Shown here in pieces: positions 26,759-40,100 of a DNA stretch of 64,000 nt (positions are counted from its first letter, which is position 1; every line of letters starts with the position of its first letter). Where the stretch lies: assembly GCA_028534125.1 (NCBI GenBank), contig CM052817.1:18540001-18604000 (forward strand), written 5' to 3'. Source of the DNA: Lama glama (taxonomy: Eukaryota). A program made the translations under genes and the position numbers. The notes below the pieces were generated by a model. That model was not told the DNA's origin and searched no databases. It saw only the letters and a list, made by a program, of their open reading frames with translations.

Positions 26759-27178
26759 TACACATTACTATATATAAAATAGATAAAAAACAAGGACCTA
26801 CTGTAAAGCACAGAGAACTATATTCAATTTCTTGTAATGAGCTGTAATGGGAAAGAATCTGAAAAAATATATATATATGTATGTATTTGTGTAACTGAAT
26901 AGCTTTGCTGTACACATGAAGCTAACACTGTAAATTGACTACATTTCAATAAAAAAATAAGAATTAAAAAAAGCAATGGTATAAAACAATAGGTATATAA
27001 TTGTACTGTTGGGCTTATAAAATATAGAAATGTAATACATTTGTTATTAGCACAAAAGATATGAATGGGAACAAAGCTGTTTTAGAATAAAGAAATAACA
27101 CTAGATGATAGTTTGAACCTATGGAAACAAATGAGAATCAGGAATTGTAAATAAGAAAATTTATATTAAAATTATTTT
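26759..27178 (+). mobile_element. Short L1 3' end (26759-26972) plus about 205 bp of extra 3' sequence inside one TSD
   Basis: aacaaggacctactgtaaagcacagagaactatattcaa. 18-bp direct repeat taaaagaatgaaggttta at 26741-26758 and 27179-27196. Confidence 0.85.
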
Positions 27179-27299
27179 TAAAAGAATGAAGGTTTAAAGT
27201 ATATTTTTATATTTGCTTTGTTTTTGTGGGTCATATTTTTCCTGTAAATCTCTTTCATACTTTTAAATCAGCTATGCTCCTTGTGGAAACCCATTGATT

Positions 27300-27898
27300 T
27301 CATATAATTTTATAAATTATGTTCTTGTTGGCTTTTGAAACATGCAGGGCCCTTGTCTTTGTAGCAGGGACATGATCAGGTTTTACTTTTTCTCTCCTGT
27401 TTGTCTCTCCTCTCTTGCCCCGCGCTGAAGTAGGGGTTGGAGCTTGGGGGAGAGAAGAACAAAGATGCCCTAATCGATTTTTTGGCGACTTGGCAATCTG
27501 ATAGAGGGACTCTGGGGCCCGGCAGGTATGGAACAATGACCCTGTGTGGGTGCTGCCTGAAGCATTTAGAGGCTTGCTTCCCGGGCCTTCGGATGTGGAC
27601 CGTGCGTTTTCCCCTGGATGCTTACTGTCTCTGGAAGTCCAGTTCATGCAGACCCCTCTCTGCTGGAGGCCCCTGCCCTCCAAGTAGTCCTCCTGCAGGC
27701 AAGACAGTGAGCTGGACACGGGCTCTCCTTGTGGTCTGACCCACGTTTGGTCCACGGCAAGTGCTCACATATCTTCTTCCTTGAAACTCAGGGCGTGCAG
27801 AACTACACATCCCTTCTCCTTCACTCAGCAGCCAGCTGGGCCATCCTGCTCACCTTCTCGATTTTCCACAAGTGGATCAGACATGTCCACTCTGCTGT
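27300..27898 (-). other. Candidate exon pair in unique, GC/CpG-richer DNA (27898-27854 and 27692-27300); product unknown
   Basis: Acceptor actgtag|, donor AAG|GTGAGC, acceptor tcttgcctgcag|, and an open frame to 27300. No recognised homology. Confidence 0.25.
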
Positions 27899-28014
27899 CT
27901 ACAGTCAAAGTTACATATTCTCAATTCCATGAATGGTCCCACTGAATCCTTTCAATTTTAGGAGAGGATGGAGGTTGAGTTCCCTACTCCTTCCTCGGGT
28001 ACAGAAGGTACAGA

Positions 28015-28083
28015 TGTGTGTGTGTGTGTGTGTGTGTGTGACAGAGAGAGAAAGAGGTGATGGTGGGGGAGAGAGAGAGAGAG
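28015..28083. repeat. (TG)n(GA)n microsatellite
   Basis: Directly visible. Confidence 0.95.
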
Positions 28084-28494
28084 CTCCTCTGAGCAAGAGA
28101 CTTAGCCTTCCATAACCCTCTTCATAAATTCCTTCTATGCCTCTTTATATTCTTAATATGACGGAGCCAAGATACCTGCAGCCAGTTCTCAAACAGCGGC
28201 TTCGACGATTTCTGCAGGAGGAGCTGCCTGACGCCATGCTGTCAGAGACAGCTGCTGTCTGCTGTATTTCGGCCTCTCAGCAGAAACTTTGAATTTAATG
28301 TGATGTTAAAAATGTGTTCATAAATTTGACAAGAAATCGTATTTTAAAATGCACATCTCTCCTCACAGTCAATCTTTTAAGAAGATCACACGTCCTCTAA
28401 TTACTTATTCTTTTCAAAACTGTTTCCTAAATAATACCAGATCCCCGTAAGATAGATTAAAAATTCTCCCATTTATTAATATTTTCTTACAACG

Positions 28495-29070
28495 CACTAG
28501 AATTCATTCTACAAATATCCCTTGAGCGCCTACTGTATTGCTCTTTGCCTGCTTCTGTTCCAAGGTGAATAATCAGAGCCCTTTTTCTCAGAGAGTTGGC
28601 AAACTAATGGGGAAAACATGTAATTACAATGCTCTGCATGAAGTGCTGTGTTGGTACATAGATAAAAGCACTAAGGCACATAGAGGAGCACCCAGCCCCA
28701 TCTGTGGGACGTCGTGGGAGGCATCCTGGAAGAAATGGTGGAAAGAATGAGCTTCAAGGCTGAGTAGCATAAGGCCAAGAGAACAGAAATTAGGAAGGTT
28801 CCTGGCACAGGGAAGAAGATATGCAAGGGTCCCCAGGGGTTAGAAGACCAATTCATGAACTCAGAGTGGCAGAATCACTACAATTAGAGGATATGATTTT
28901 TCAAAAAGTGGTAAGAGAGATGATCTAGGGCTAATCACAATGGACCTTTTAAAAATAATATTAAAGAATTTGAATTTTACTTACTAGGAAATCAGGAACA
29001 TCACATTAGGTGTTGGGAACATAAAGCTAAATAAAGCAGAGGTCCATGACTATCAAAGACTCAGAGTATG
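28495..29070 (-). mobile_element. L2 remnant
   Basis: aattcattctacaaatatcccttgagcgcctactgt...ggaggcatcctggaagaa. Confidence 0.7.
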
Positions 29071-30379
29071 GTGGTTATCTTCATTTGCATACGTGCTTTG
29101 TAGTTTACAATATTTTTGTATAGTTTCTTACTCAGCTATTGCAATAAAACTATGATAAAGGTGTTATTCTCTTATACTGATGAGTAAAATGGGCTTACTG
29201 GTGTTAAAAAAAATCACCCAAAGTCACACAATAGTTGTGGTAGAGCTAAATTTTGAACTTGTGTCTTTTAAACTCAATTTTCTTTTATTTTGGTTATGTT
29301 TGTGTTTATGGATATTTGAAAAACTCTACATAATTTCATGTTTTAACCAATGATTGTTTATAAATAAACACCAATAGAAGTACAATTCTGAGAAGACTTT
29401 ATTAAAAATGAACTGTCTGTTCTTGACTAATGCACTTTATTTCCTTCCTTTCTAGCGACATGAACAGTTTTACTTATAATAAAATATCTCTCCACAAGGA
29501 AGTCCATGAAGTTTCCTAGGTTACTCTAGTTCCCTATTTACTGCCGAGCATTTACCTTAATTCATAACTACCCATTTAATCTGGGGAGCAAGTAATCCTA
29601 CATGATAAATAGATCAGTGTATAAATAGATGTATAGATACACTCTCAGACTACTTAATAAACTCCTCAAGATCAGCAAGCTTAGTTTCCTGTTCCTTTCT
29701 AAACTGTAAATAATTTTTGTTGTTATAAAGGAAAAAGAAAACAAAATGAAATCAAAGGCTAATGCCATCTAAAATGACACTGAAGACCTAGAAGCTGAGA
29801 GAGAATAGATTCCAGATAAAGACACTTATTAAGTTTTCTGGGTAAAGAGAAAAATAATGACTTTGACTTTTACCTTGAAGGTGTGGTGTCTTTCTAGTAT
29901 GTATTAACATCTGTTATCTTCTCATAACCATATCAATTTCTTTCTGAGAAGTAAGGATTGATTCTTCCTATTTTGCTGCAGTGATTTACTGGTCCCCAAA
30001 GCTCGCTATTGCACTATAAGCTCAGACAGAGTTATGGTGGGACAATATTAATAGCAAAGACCAAGCCAAAGGGCATCATATATGGGTTGATTTGAGGTAA
30101 ACACAGAACCACTGGAGAACGAAACTGCAGAAATGTCACCCTTCTGGTTTTATCCAAGGTTGCTATCTAACTTGGTTTCCTTTTTTTTTTTTTTTTTGGC
30201 AAAAAGGAGACTCTATCAGAAAAACAGAGATGCATATGGTTTCATGGAAAACTAGAAACAGACTTGGAGGCCCAGAGACCCCTCTCCATGGCCCTGATCT
30301 GTTTCCAACAAATCCATGACCAATGAAGAGTTGATTGATAGTAATCATGATGTTCATACTACCTAATTTCTTTACATTT

Positions 30380-30692
30380 AAAAAGTTAGACATGATTTTT
30401 TGGAGGAGCAGTTTTAGGTTCACAGCAGAAGTGAGGGGAAGGTACACAGACTTCCCAAACATGCATAGCCTCCCTCATTATCAACCTCCCCCATCAGAGT
30501 GCACCATTTGTTACAACTGATGAATGTACATCGACACATCATAATCACCCCCAATCCATAATTTACATCACAGGTCACTCTTGGTGGTGTACATTCTATG
30601 GGTTTGGACAAATGTGTAATGACACGTGTCCATCATTTTAGTGTCATACAAAGTACTTTCACTGCCCTAAAAGTCCTCCGAGCTCCACCTGT
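30380..30692 (-). mobile_element. L1MC-like 3' end
   Basis: gagcagttttaggttcacagcagaa and ggtgtacattctatgggtttggacaaatgtgtaatgac. Confidence 0.85.
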
Positions 30693-31839
30693 CTGGTTAT
30701 CCTCTCTTGAAAGTGGAGGAACCGATACCAACATGGGGAGTCTGTCTCGACAGCCTAAAATCCTCAACTCAACAACCTAGGATTGCTCTCAGATCCAGTT
30801 TGAAAAGTTTCAGGGAAATTCCCTGAAGGTCTCTTTTGACATATTTGCCTATTTCTTGGTGACTAATTTGCATCCAGAGTCAAATTAAAAACATGAATGT
30901 TTCTGTTGGAAACCTGTAGTGGGAATGTAGAAACAGCATCTTGCAGGCACAATGGGGAGGAATGCTGGGCAGACAGAACAGTGGAGGCCACTGCACTCCC
31001 TGCGTTCTCATGGAAGGGTTGTCTGACCTCTGCTGACACGCTTTCATAATGGGAAAACCATTACCTCCAGGTATAAACATTCGGTGTGCTCGTTCTGAAA
31101 ATTTCCCTTTGTGCTTTATATCAAACAGAAGATGCTGCTTCATTAACTGAAATACATATCGAGCTTAGACTCCTTTGCTTTCTCGAGATCTGAAAAAATG
31201 GCAAATCAAAGTCAAAGACCAGCAGGATTGCAGTCTTGGGAGATCCCTTACGGTGCATTTGTTGCCGGAGGAACTGAAAATGAAAAAAACAACAGTGTGG
31301 TGTTTCCAAGCACTCGAACTCCAAAGAATTTTGTTTGTGAGTGCTTTGTTTTATCATTTTTTTTCTAAATAGAGGCTCAAGTTCAAGTAACTAAGATACC
31401 TTGCTTTAAACAAACAAAAGATGAAAACAGAACTGACATGATTCTTCATGAATGCTAGGTAGCATATTGTTAATGCATTGAAAGGGCTCTGAGGACCATT
31501 CTGTCAAGGAAGTTGGTGTCATTTCCCACTCTAGGTGTGGGGCAGGGGGTATGGGAAGAATGTGCATGGGTTAACGCCACCAACAAGCAATAAGTAGAGA
31601 GATGGGTGTGATGGAGGGACATCTTGGTCTTGCCCTTCTCAACATGCCTGTGGTCTTGATTCCTTGAGATTTCATCAAAAGCAGAATGCTTCTCTATTTC
31701 TTTATACAGAGTTAAGGATAAGTAAAATGGGAACGGGAGATTTTTCAGCTGTAGTCTTACGAAAGCACTTAGACCCAGGTTGTTAAGATCAGGATTTAAG
31801 CCCTGATTTTGATAGTTTACAAGGTGGCTTTCTCTCTCT

Positions 31840-33810
31840 TTATTAAGTAATTATGATATGGTAGACATTGCTCCAAATACACTTATGGAATTATATAATT
31901 AGTTACATATAATAATAAAGTTAATCCATCTTCAAAACAACCTTTGAACATAGTGTTATTATTTTTCTCTAGTTTAGAGACAAGGAAACAGACACAGGTA
32001 AGTAATTGCCAAAATCACAAATCTAGTAAGTGGTAGAGCTGGCGTTCATACTCCCCTAGTGTAACTCTGGTCTCCAACACTCAGCTCTACACTGTCTTTC
32101 AATAGGTTATTTTTATTGAACTGTTTTATTATGACTGCATAAAAGATACTATTTTATGTGCTTTGTATGCTATTTGATTTTCACCCTTATCCTAATTAAA
32201 TAAAGACTTAAACTGTGAGGGTTCAATGAAATAACATGGTCCATCAGGGTAAAAAATAAATGAACGCAAGACTTTATTATAATTGTTAATTCTTTTCTAA
32301 CTTTAGGGAAAATGTATAGAGTAATATTTATATACCTAATGTATACAGCTTATATTTTTATATTGTATATTTTATGTAAAATAATAAAATTTTGTGGCTT
32401 TTAAAATTTTATAGAATTATAATTATATAAAATAGTCTAAAGTATTATACATAAAATACAAAATTATATAATAATAATAGTAGCACTGTTAGGTTCTATT
32501 ATAACTGTTTTGTATCCAGTGTTAATTTAGTCCTAAAAACCACCTGTGAGATAATACTAGCATTTTTCCTAATTCAAGAATGAAAGAAAAGAGGTTCAGA
32601 GATGAGAAAACAGTCAGAATTACTCATTTATGATTCTTAATCCAAACTTTAACTGCTCTGAGAGTCCAGCTCTGACAGCTCCTATTTTCTAATCTTTTTT
32701 TCATGTATTTTCAAGCACATGCTGTTTCCTAATCATATATTTTATCCTTATTTTCTAATGCTATCACATTGTCAGAGAACATTACCCTGGGATACAATTG
32801 TTTTGCATGCAAATCTCCAGTCAGATAAGTCATTTTCCCCTGGGAAACAGAAAGGGGTAAAGAGATGCCATGGATGTTACAATGACAGGTGATCTGTGCA
32901 GGGAAGGGATAATTTGAAATGGGAAGAAGCATTGCCCAAATTCAAGTCTGCCAGCCTATCTAGATGAACAGTCCTACCTATGTGCAGCCTCCACTTTCTC
33001 ACCACCTTTTGTTTCTTTAGAGAGGGAGGAGTGGGTGAAGGTGAAGATAAAGCAGGCAGAGTATCTAAAATTCTCAGTGTGTGTGATGCATGTGAACAAA
33101 AATTCCTCCTAATGAGCATCTCTTTTCCTCCCTACCATCTCTCTCCCTGAATGCTACCCTGTCACCTGCAGGAGAACCTGAGCTGATAAAAGTTACATCA
33201 GCACCTGGAGGAAGAATGAGAATTCCAGCCAGAGAAAAAGAAAATGATTAAAGTGAAGAACATTCTGAATTTTGTGGAAGAGATAGCTCATCCTTTATTG
33301 CTTGTACACCAGCTTACTATTGGAATATAATATACCAGTCAACCCTGAAACATACTGTCTTTTCCTCATCAACACTGTGATGCAGAGGTGGGAGTGGCAG
33401 TAATGCAAGGGTGGGCAGTGGCTTCTTTACATCTGTGTATGGCTAGGTGGGTCCCATGCTTTCTGAGACACATTTGCACTCCTGTCTCTCACCTCCCAAA
33501 ACATAACTGGGACAACGGTATGCATGTGAGTAAATACATCTAGGGTTATTGGATGTCAGAGCATCGAGTTCTAAAGTTCTAAAGAATGGTGGGGTGGAAA
33601 TCTTGCTTCAACCTCATAATACCTGTGTGAACTGGGGCAACAGATGCAACTTTCTGTGTTTTAAAATATTAATCTTTAAAATAAGAATGATGATACTAGT
33701 AGTATACACCTTATATAGTTGGTGCAAAGTTCAAATGAAATAATCTATTTAATAAAACTTAACAAAGCGCCTGACACATAGTGCTTAAGCATTATTAACA
33801 TTATTAGTAA
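31840..33810. mobile_element. Scattered MIR remnants (about 31840-32095 minus, 32480-32660 minus, 33560-33810 plus)
   Basis: caaggaaacagacacagg...tagtaagtggtagagctgg and ctgtgtgaactggggcaa...gcgcctgacacatagtgct. Confidence 0.65.
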
Positions 33811-34479
33811 TATCTTTATTTATAATCTCATTGGTATGAAGGACTCAGGATCATGAGCCCTTGTTTATTTGTAAAAGAAACGTGTGTATGTGTGTGTGTG
33901 TGTGTGTGTACTGTGTGCAAGGCTAAAATACAAGCACATGGTTGAGTAGAACGTACATAATGTTTTTGGATGTGTCTACTCTTCTGCCATCACTCAGTTT
34001 ACACAAGGGAAGCCATCAGGAGCTGAGCTCATATCTTTTTCCAGAATGAGTTTGCCATAGACATTCTTTGGCATCTCAGATAATGAATTTTGTCACCCAA
34101 GCCAATGGTCTTTTGGAACCACAATTACTCAAATATATAGATTGCTAAACAAATCTGCCAAGACTTTTAATTTATGTCTCATAGAATCTGAAAGCTACAA
34201 GAGACCACATTACCTCTATTGCGTATGAAGAAATTGGTGCACAGAGAATAATCTTTTGAAAATGTGCACTGAATGATACTGTCCTTCTGAATGAAACCAC
34301 TTAGTACTCTAACTTAGCATAAAACAGTCTTTAGCCAGTTTAGATGAATCTAAATGGTTGGGTTTTGGTTCATTCCTACAGAATCATTTTTCCATTTTCC
34401 CTATCTCTTACTTTATTCAACTTACCTTGCCTCTGATCCTGCTCAAATATTTTTCCTATCACCCAGAATTTATCACATT

Positions 34480-34800
34480 CTTCCCTCAACTGCTCCCCTT
34501 ACCCCTTAATCTAGCTAAATTCAACTCATTCTTAATATTTCAATTTAAATCTCACCTTGTCAGTAAAGCCTTCCTCGATAGACCAAGCAAGATTGGGTTC
34601 TTGTTGATATATGCCCTATTAGCTATCGTAAAACTAACACTTTTTCTCAGCATTATTGTCTTTCTGACTACATATCTTGTGTAAGATGAGAGATTGTGAA
34701 GAATTCTGAAACTGTGTTTTATTTGTTTAACATTGTATTTCCATTGCTTAGCACACTGCCTAGTGCATGATAGACATTTAATAGAATAGCTGAATGAACA
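34480..34800 (+). mobile_element. L2 3' end
   Basis: gcttagcacactgcctagtgcatgatagacatttaatagaatagctgaatgaa. Confidence 0.75.
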
Positions 34801-36510
34801 CGTAAATAATTCCATAATTATGATTTTGCTAATAGCCCAAATCACATTATTGATACCGGTGAAGTAACAGCAGTGTTAGAGCTAATTTCTAAATGACTAC
34901 CACAGGAGAAATAGCCTATAAAAAGTATATATTGTAAATGAAATCTCTCTGAGAAAATACATTTCAGGAAGATCCTTGAAGATATAATTGTAACTTCTTA
35001 TTTTAATTCTATGAGTCACAGGAATTTGTAGGGATTTTCCTTTTGGTTTTGGTCCATACTGAAAACAACAAAAATAAGGGTGTACATACAGCATCTTGAC
35101 AAAGAAAGCGTACAGGTTCTGCATGTCGGGAAATGGCCAGCAGTGAAAGTTCACTGGAGTATTTCTTTACAATTTTAATAATATAAACTTTCCTAATGAT
35201 TTATATCAGGCATTTTAAAGCAACTTATTAATTAGTCTTCCTGCTATTGTGTTACTAATACGTAGGTCATTATGCTGTAGAATTAGGTATTGAAATGAAT
35301 TAAAAGCACAGAACTCTGCAGCTGGTGACGAGCCAAAGAATGGTGGAATATAGCAATGTTTATATGCCTTTAACCTATTTTTTTTATAAGTATATGCTTT
35401 TCTATTTTAAAGTAAGTTAATCTACAGCTTTGCTCTCACTATACATATGCTAGTTTCAGCATCCCAGGTATCGCAGTCACTTATTCAATTGATTTTGATT
35501 CTATTTTTTATTAAGATAATGATAATAAAAAGGAATGACAAAGATACTAACTAGAGAATTGATAATTGGTGTAACTATAGAACATGATTTTTCTCAGTTT
35601 TGACACATTTCATCTCTCTATCTTTCACATATCTCATTAGAAGTGTCTTGGAATACACAGAAAAAAGGAAAACAAGCTTAGAAAGTTGATTGTATCATTA
35701 AACTGTCAAACATAATAAGGTTTATAGTAAGACAGGGCATTAATATATAAAAAGCCATTGTACATTCTAAAAGTTTTAATTGCTTTACTTTTTTTGAAAG
35801 TTAAGTTTCTTTTTCCATCAAGATTTGTTTTATGTGAGTAGTTTAGAAGCTTGTGGTCTTGAAGTACCAACAATTAAAGTAAAATAGCTCAAGCTGATAA
35901 ATGTTTAACCAAAAACAAAATATAAGAATCTAGGGTTTTTCCCTTTCCTCTGAAAAAAAGAGAGCTTGTTTCCCTTTCTTTATTCTTTCTTGGAAATATG
36001 TATTTGCATTTTGTGACTTCACATCCAGGGTGAAAAAGGCATGTCTGTAAGTTTGTCTAATTCTACGGTGTGTCCTTCATAAATCAGCATTTGTTTGTTC
36101 CACTATCTGCATTCAATAACCGAATAAAAAATTTATTCTTTTTTGGGGGGGTTCTGCTACCATTTTTCTCCAGTGTCAGATAATAAAATATATCAGCCTG
36201 GCCCTAAAACTGTCTCTTTATTCTTTGTCTCTGGTGTTCAGTCATTTAACCATCTCTCTTAGCTATGCTGCCTGAGATTCAGGACCCGAGTACCCTTCAT
36301 GTGCCTGTATTGGATGGAGTAGGTTTGACTCCCTCCACCAATAAGTAAATAAAGATTCAACCATCAATCAAGTCTTCCGGCTACAAGGAGAAGCCATGTT
36401 AACCGACTGCTTTCTCACTTACAGCCATAGCATTTTCTTTGTGGCATTCATTACCATTTGAACGTATTTACAAGAAGCAAATCACAGAATTTTGGATTTA
36501 AAAGAGCTTG

Positions 36511-37193
36511 TGCAGTATTTGTCTTTCTGTCTGACTTATTTCACTAAGTATAATATTCTCTAGGTCCATCCATGTTGCTGCAAATGGCAGAAATTTATTC
36601 TTCCCTATGGCTAAGCTATATTCCATTATATGTATGTATATATCATCTCTTCTTTACCTAGTTTTCTGTTGATGGACACTTAGGCTGCTTCCATATCTTA
36701 AGTATTGTTTATTTAGTGCTGCTATGAACACTAGGGTGCATGTATCTTTTTGAATTAGTGTTTTGTTTTTTTCTGGATCTATATCAGAGGTGGAATTGCT
36801 GGATTATGTGGTCATTCTACTTTTAGCTTTTTGAAGAGCCTCCATACTATTTCCCATAGTGGCTGCACCAATTTACATTCCCACCAACATTGTACAGGAG
36901 TTCCCTTGTCTCCACATCCTCTCCAACGTTTGTAGTCTGTAAACTTTTTGATGATAGCCATTCTAACAAGTGTTACGTGATACCTCATTGTTTTGATTTG
37001 CATTTCTCTAATACAAACTACTATATATAAAATATATAAGCACCAGGGCATATTTTATAGCACAGGAAATTATAACCATTATCTTGTAATAATTTTAATG
37101 GAGTAAAATCTGTAAAAATATTGGATTACTATACTGTACACCTGAAACTAATATAACATAAATCAGCTATACTTCAATAAACATGAATTAAAG
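36511..37193 (+). mobile_element. 5'-inverted L1 (36511-37010 minus; 37011-37193 plus 3' end)
   Basis: Minus ORF 36812-37051 reads [20 protein letters not shown]...[12 protein letters not shown]. The plus part is the terminal 3' UTR. Degenerate TSD aagagc(t/a)tgt. Confidence 0.88.
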
Positions 37194-39206
37194 AAGAGCA
37201 TGTATAGCTCAACCAGTTCAAACTACCTTCCCACTTCTAATGCAAGAACATTTATAACATTCCTTGAGATCTTGTTTTGTTTTATTGATTTCCGACAGGA
37301 CTTCAAATGAAACAAAGACAACTGATAACATTAACAAAAACGTGTCTTTGTTGAGAAGCAAGATATAGGTAATGTCAGAATATGTAAGTTGAGCTTGCAT
37401 TTAGAGTCGACATGAGTAGCCCAGGGACAGATAAACCGTGTTATGGTAGCATCTCTACTGGCGGTTAGGGATCAATGCCACGCATATCAAAGAACTGGGA
37501 CAGCAGAGAAAGTTAAGAAAAACCCATCACCTACCACCAAGGCTTTTAGTTTAACACATGTCATGTGCTGAGAACTCTGGTAGATTTAGGGTTTAGAAAG
37601 CAAAGCAAAGCTTCTAATATCAAGAAAATTACAATCTCTATGAAAAGACAATTTCCCTAAAATAATAAGTGAGTAAGTGATTAATTATGGAGTATAAGCA
37701 TGTTAGTTGCAAGTACTTACATGAGTTAGAGATAGTTAAGAGGTTTATACAAATAAACAATACCTAAAGACAGTAAATATCTGATAGAAAAATTAGGCAT
37801 TCAGTCATCAGTTTATTCCCAAATATTTAGATAGTTTACTATGGTAGCAAAATCAAAGAATATGAAAAGGGCATAGAATTGTTTTAATTCTCTTAGTGGC
37901 TGCCTTAGTATTTACAATGTACATCTCTAAACAGAGTTACTTTTAAACATTATATTCTTCACATGTAGTGTTAACCATCAGAACCATTAGTATATTCCAA
38001 ACTGTTTCTTTTCATCCTTTGTGCCACTGTTGTATTTTACATTTTTATGTTATACATTCACAACATGTATTTATCTTTTCTACTTTAATGATTAGTTGTC
38101 TTTTAATATAATACCAATAAACAAAAATTCATCTTAATTCATCTGTTCCATTTCCTGCATTTTTTATATCCAGATTTCTGCCTGCTGTCATATTTTTTCT
38201 TCCTAAAGAACTTCCTTTATCAATTCTTGTAATATGGATCTACTGACAATAAACTCTCTCCATTTTTATATGAGAAAGTCTTGATTTCTCTTTCATTTTT
38301 GAAAGAAATTTTCACTAAGTTTAGAATTACAGCTTAAGAGTCTCTTTTAGCACTTTAGACATCTTTCATTATCTTCTGTCTCGTATAGTTTTTGACAAGA
38401 AGTCTTTTATATTTTTCATCTTTATTCTTCCATATATAACATGTCTTTTATCTATGGCTGTCTTTAAGACTTTTTTTTTTTTTTTTTTTTTTGGTTTTTA
38501 GCAGTTTGAATGATATATCCACATTTTTATTTGCTTTTTAAAGTTTCTTTTGTCCCTTTGGTATTTGTCTTGCTTGGTGTTCTCTAAGATTCTTAGATTT
38601 GGGGTTTGGTGTTGGTCATTAATTTTGAAAAATTCATGGCTATTTCTTCAAATATTTATTCTGCCCTGTTCCCTTTCTTTTCTCTTTTAGGGGTTCCAAT
38701 TAAATCTGTTAGACTGCTTGATATTTTCCCACATCTCTTGGATACTCTGCTTTTTTTATTTTTATTTTTTCATTTTTTTCCCTTTGTATTTTGGTTTGGA
38801 TCATTTATATTGACCTGTCTTTAAGTTCACTGATTCTTTCCTCAACAGTATTAAGACTACTGATAAGATCAGGAAAGGTAATACTCTATTTTTTATTTCT
38901 AACATTTTCATTTGATTCTTTCTTATAGTTTTCATCTCTCTGATAAATTTCCTGTCTAGTCTTGCATGTTATCCACCTTTTCTCTTACAGTCTTTGACTT
39001 ATTAATTAGTAATTTTAAATACTTTGTTTGATAATCTAACACCTGTATCACATTTGCATCTATCTCTTTTGATTACTTTGTCTCTTGGCATTTTGGTGAG
39101 TTTTTCCTCCTTTTTCAATTGCGTCATGCTTTTGTTGTTGGTGGTGGTCAGTGTGACGGTTAATTTTATGTATTGACTTGACTGGGTCAAGGAGTATCCC
39201 GATATT

Positions 39207-39774
39207 TATATATATATTATATATTATATGTGTGTAACATATATGTAATATGTGAATATTATTCCCCTATGAGAAGGAAGGAAATCTTGCTATTTGTGGT
39301 GATATAGATAAACCCTGAGGTCATTATGCTAAATGAGTAAGTCAAACAAAGAAAGACAAATACTATATGATTTCACTTATAGATAGAATCTAAAAAAAAA
39401 ATTAGTTGAACTCGTAGAAACATAGTAGAATGATGGTTATCAGGGATTGGGGCTGCAGGAAATTAGGATATGGTGATCAAAGGGTACCAGACTTCAGTTA
39501 TGAGATGAATATGTTCTGTGCAGCTAATGTATAGCATAGTGACTATAGTTAACAATAGTATGCTACATACTTGAAATTTGCTAACAGAGTAATCTTAAAC
39601 ATTTTCACCACACATACACACACAAAAAAGTTAATTATGCGAGGTGAAGAATGTAACTAACTTGATTGTGGTAACCATTTCAGAAAGTATACATATGTCA
39701 AATCACCATGTTGTAAAATGTAAGTTTATACAATTTGTTTGCCAATTATACCTCAATATAGCTGGAAAAAAAAG
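39207..39774 (+). mobile_element. L1MA-like 3' end nested in the 5' LTR
   Basis: aaagacaaatactatatgatttcacttat...caattatacctcaatatagctggaaaaaaaa. Confidence 0.88.
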
Positions 39775-39997
39775 TTGACCTTTCCACAAGTAAGGGAGAA
39801 TTCTTTTTGCCTGACTGCCTTCAAGCTGGGCCATCAGCTTTTTCCTGACTTTGAACTAGAACTAAAATAGCAGCTTTTCCTGGGTCTTGGGACTGTTGAT
39901 CTTTGGACTGGAACTATGCCACTGGATCTTTTAGTTTTCAGGCCTTTGGATTCAAACTGGATCTAAACTATCGCCTCTTCTGGATCTCCAGATTTTT

Positions 39998-40009
39998 ATG
40001 TGTGTGTGT

Positions 40010-40086
<77 letters not shown>

Positions 40087-40100
40087 ATATGTATATATGT
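39998..40100. repeat. (TG)n(TA)n(TG)n microsatellite within the MLT2 LTR
   Basis: Directly visible. Confidence 0.95.

Noticed and set aside
28176..28237. Minus-strand ATG exon (MASGSSSCRNRRSRCLRTGC) upstream of the candidate exon pair
   Set aside because: Weak donor (GTATCT), and the phase-2 join to the 45-nt exon hits a stop after six codons.
33172..33251. Plus-strand acceptor cacctgcag| with a 26-codon frame
   Set aside because: Joining to the 31336 donor creates an immediate TGA, and there is no other support.
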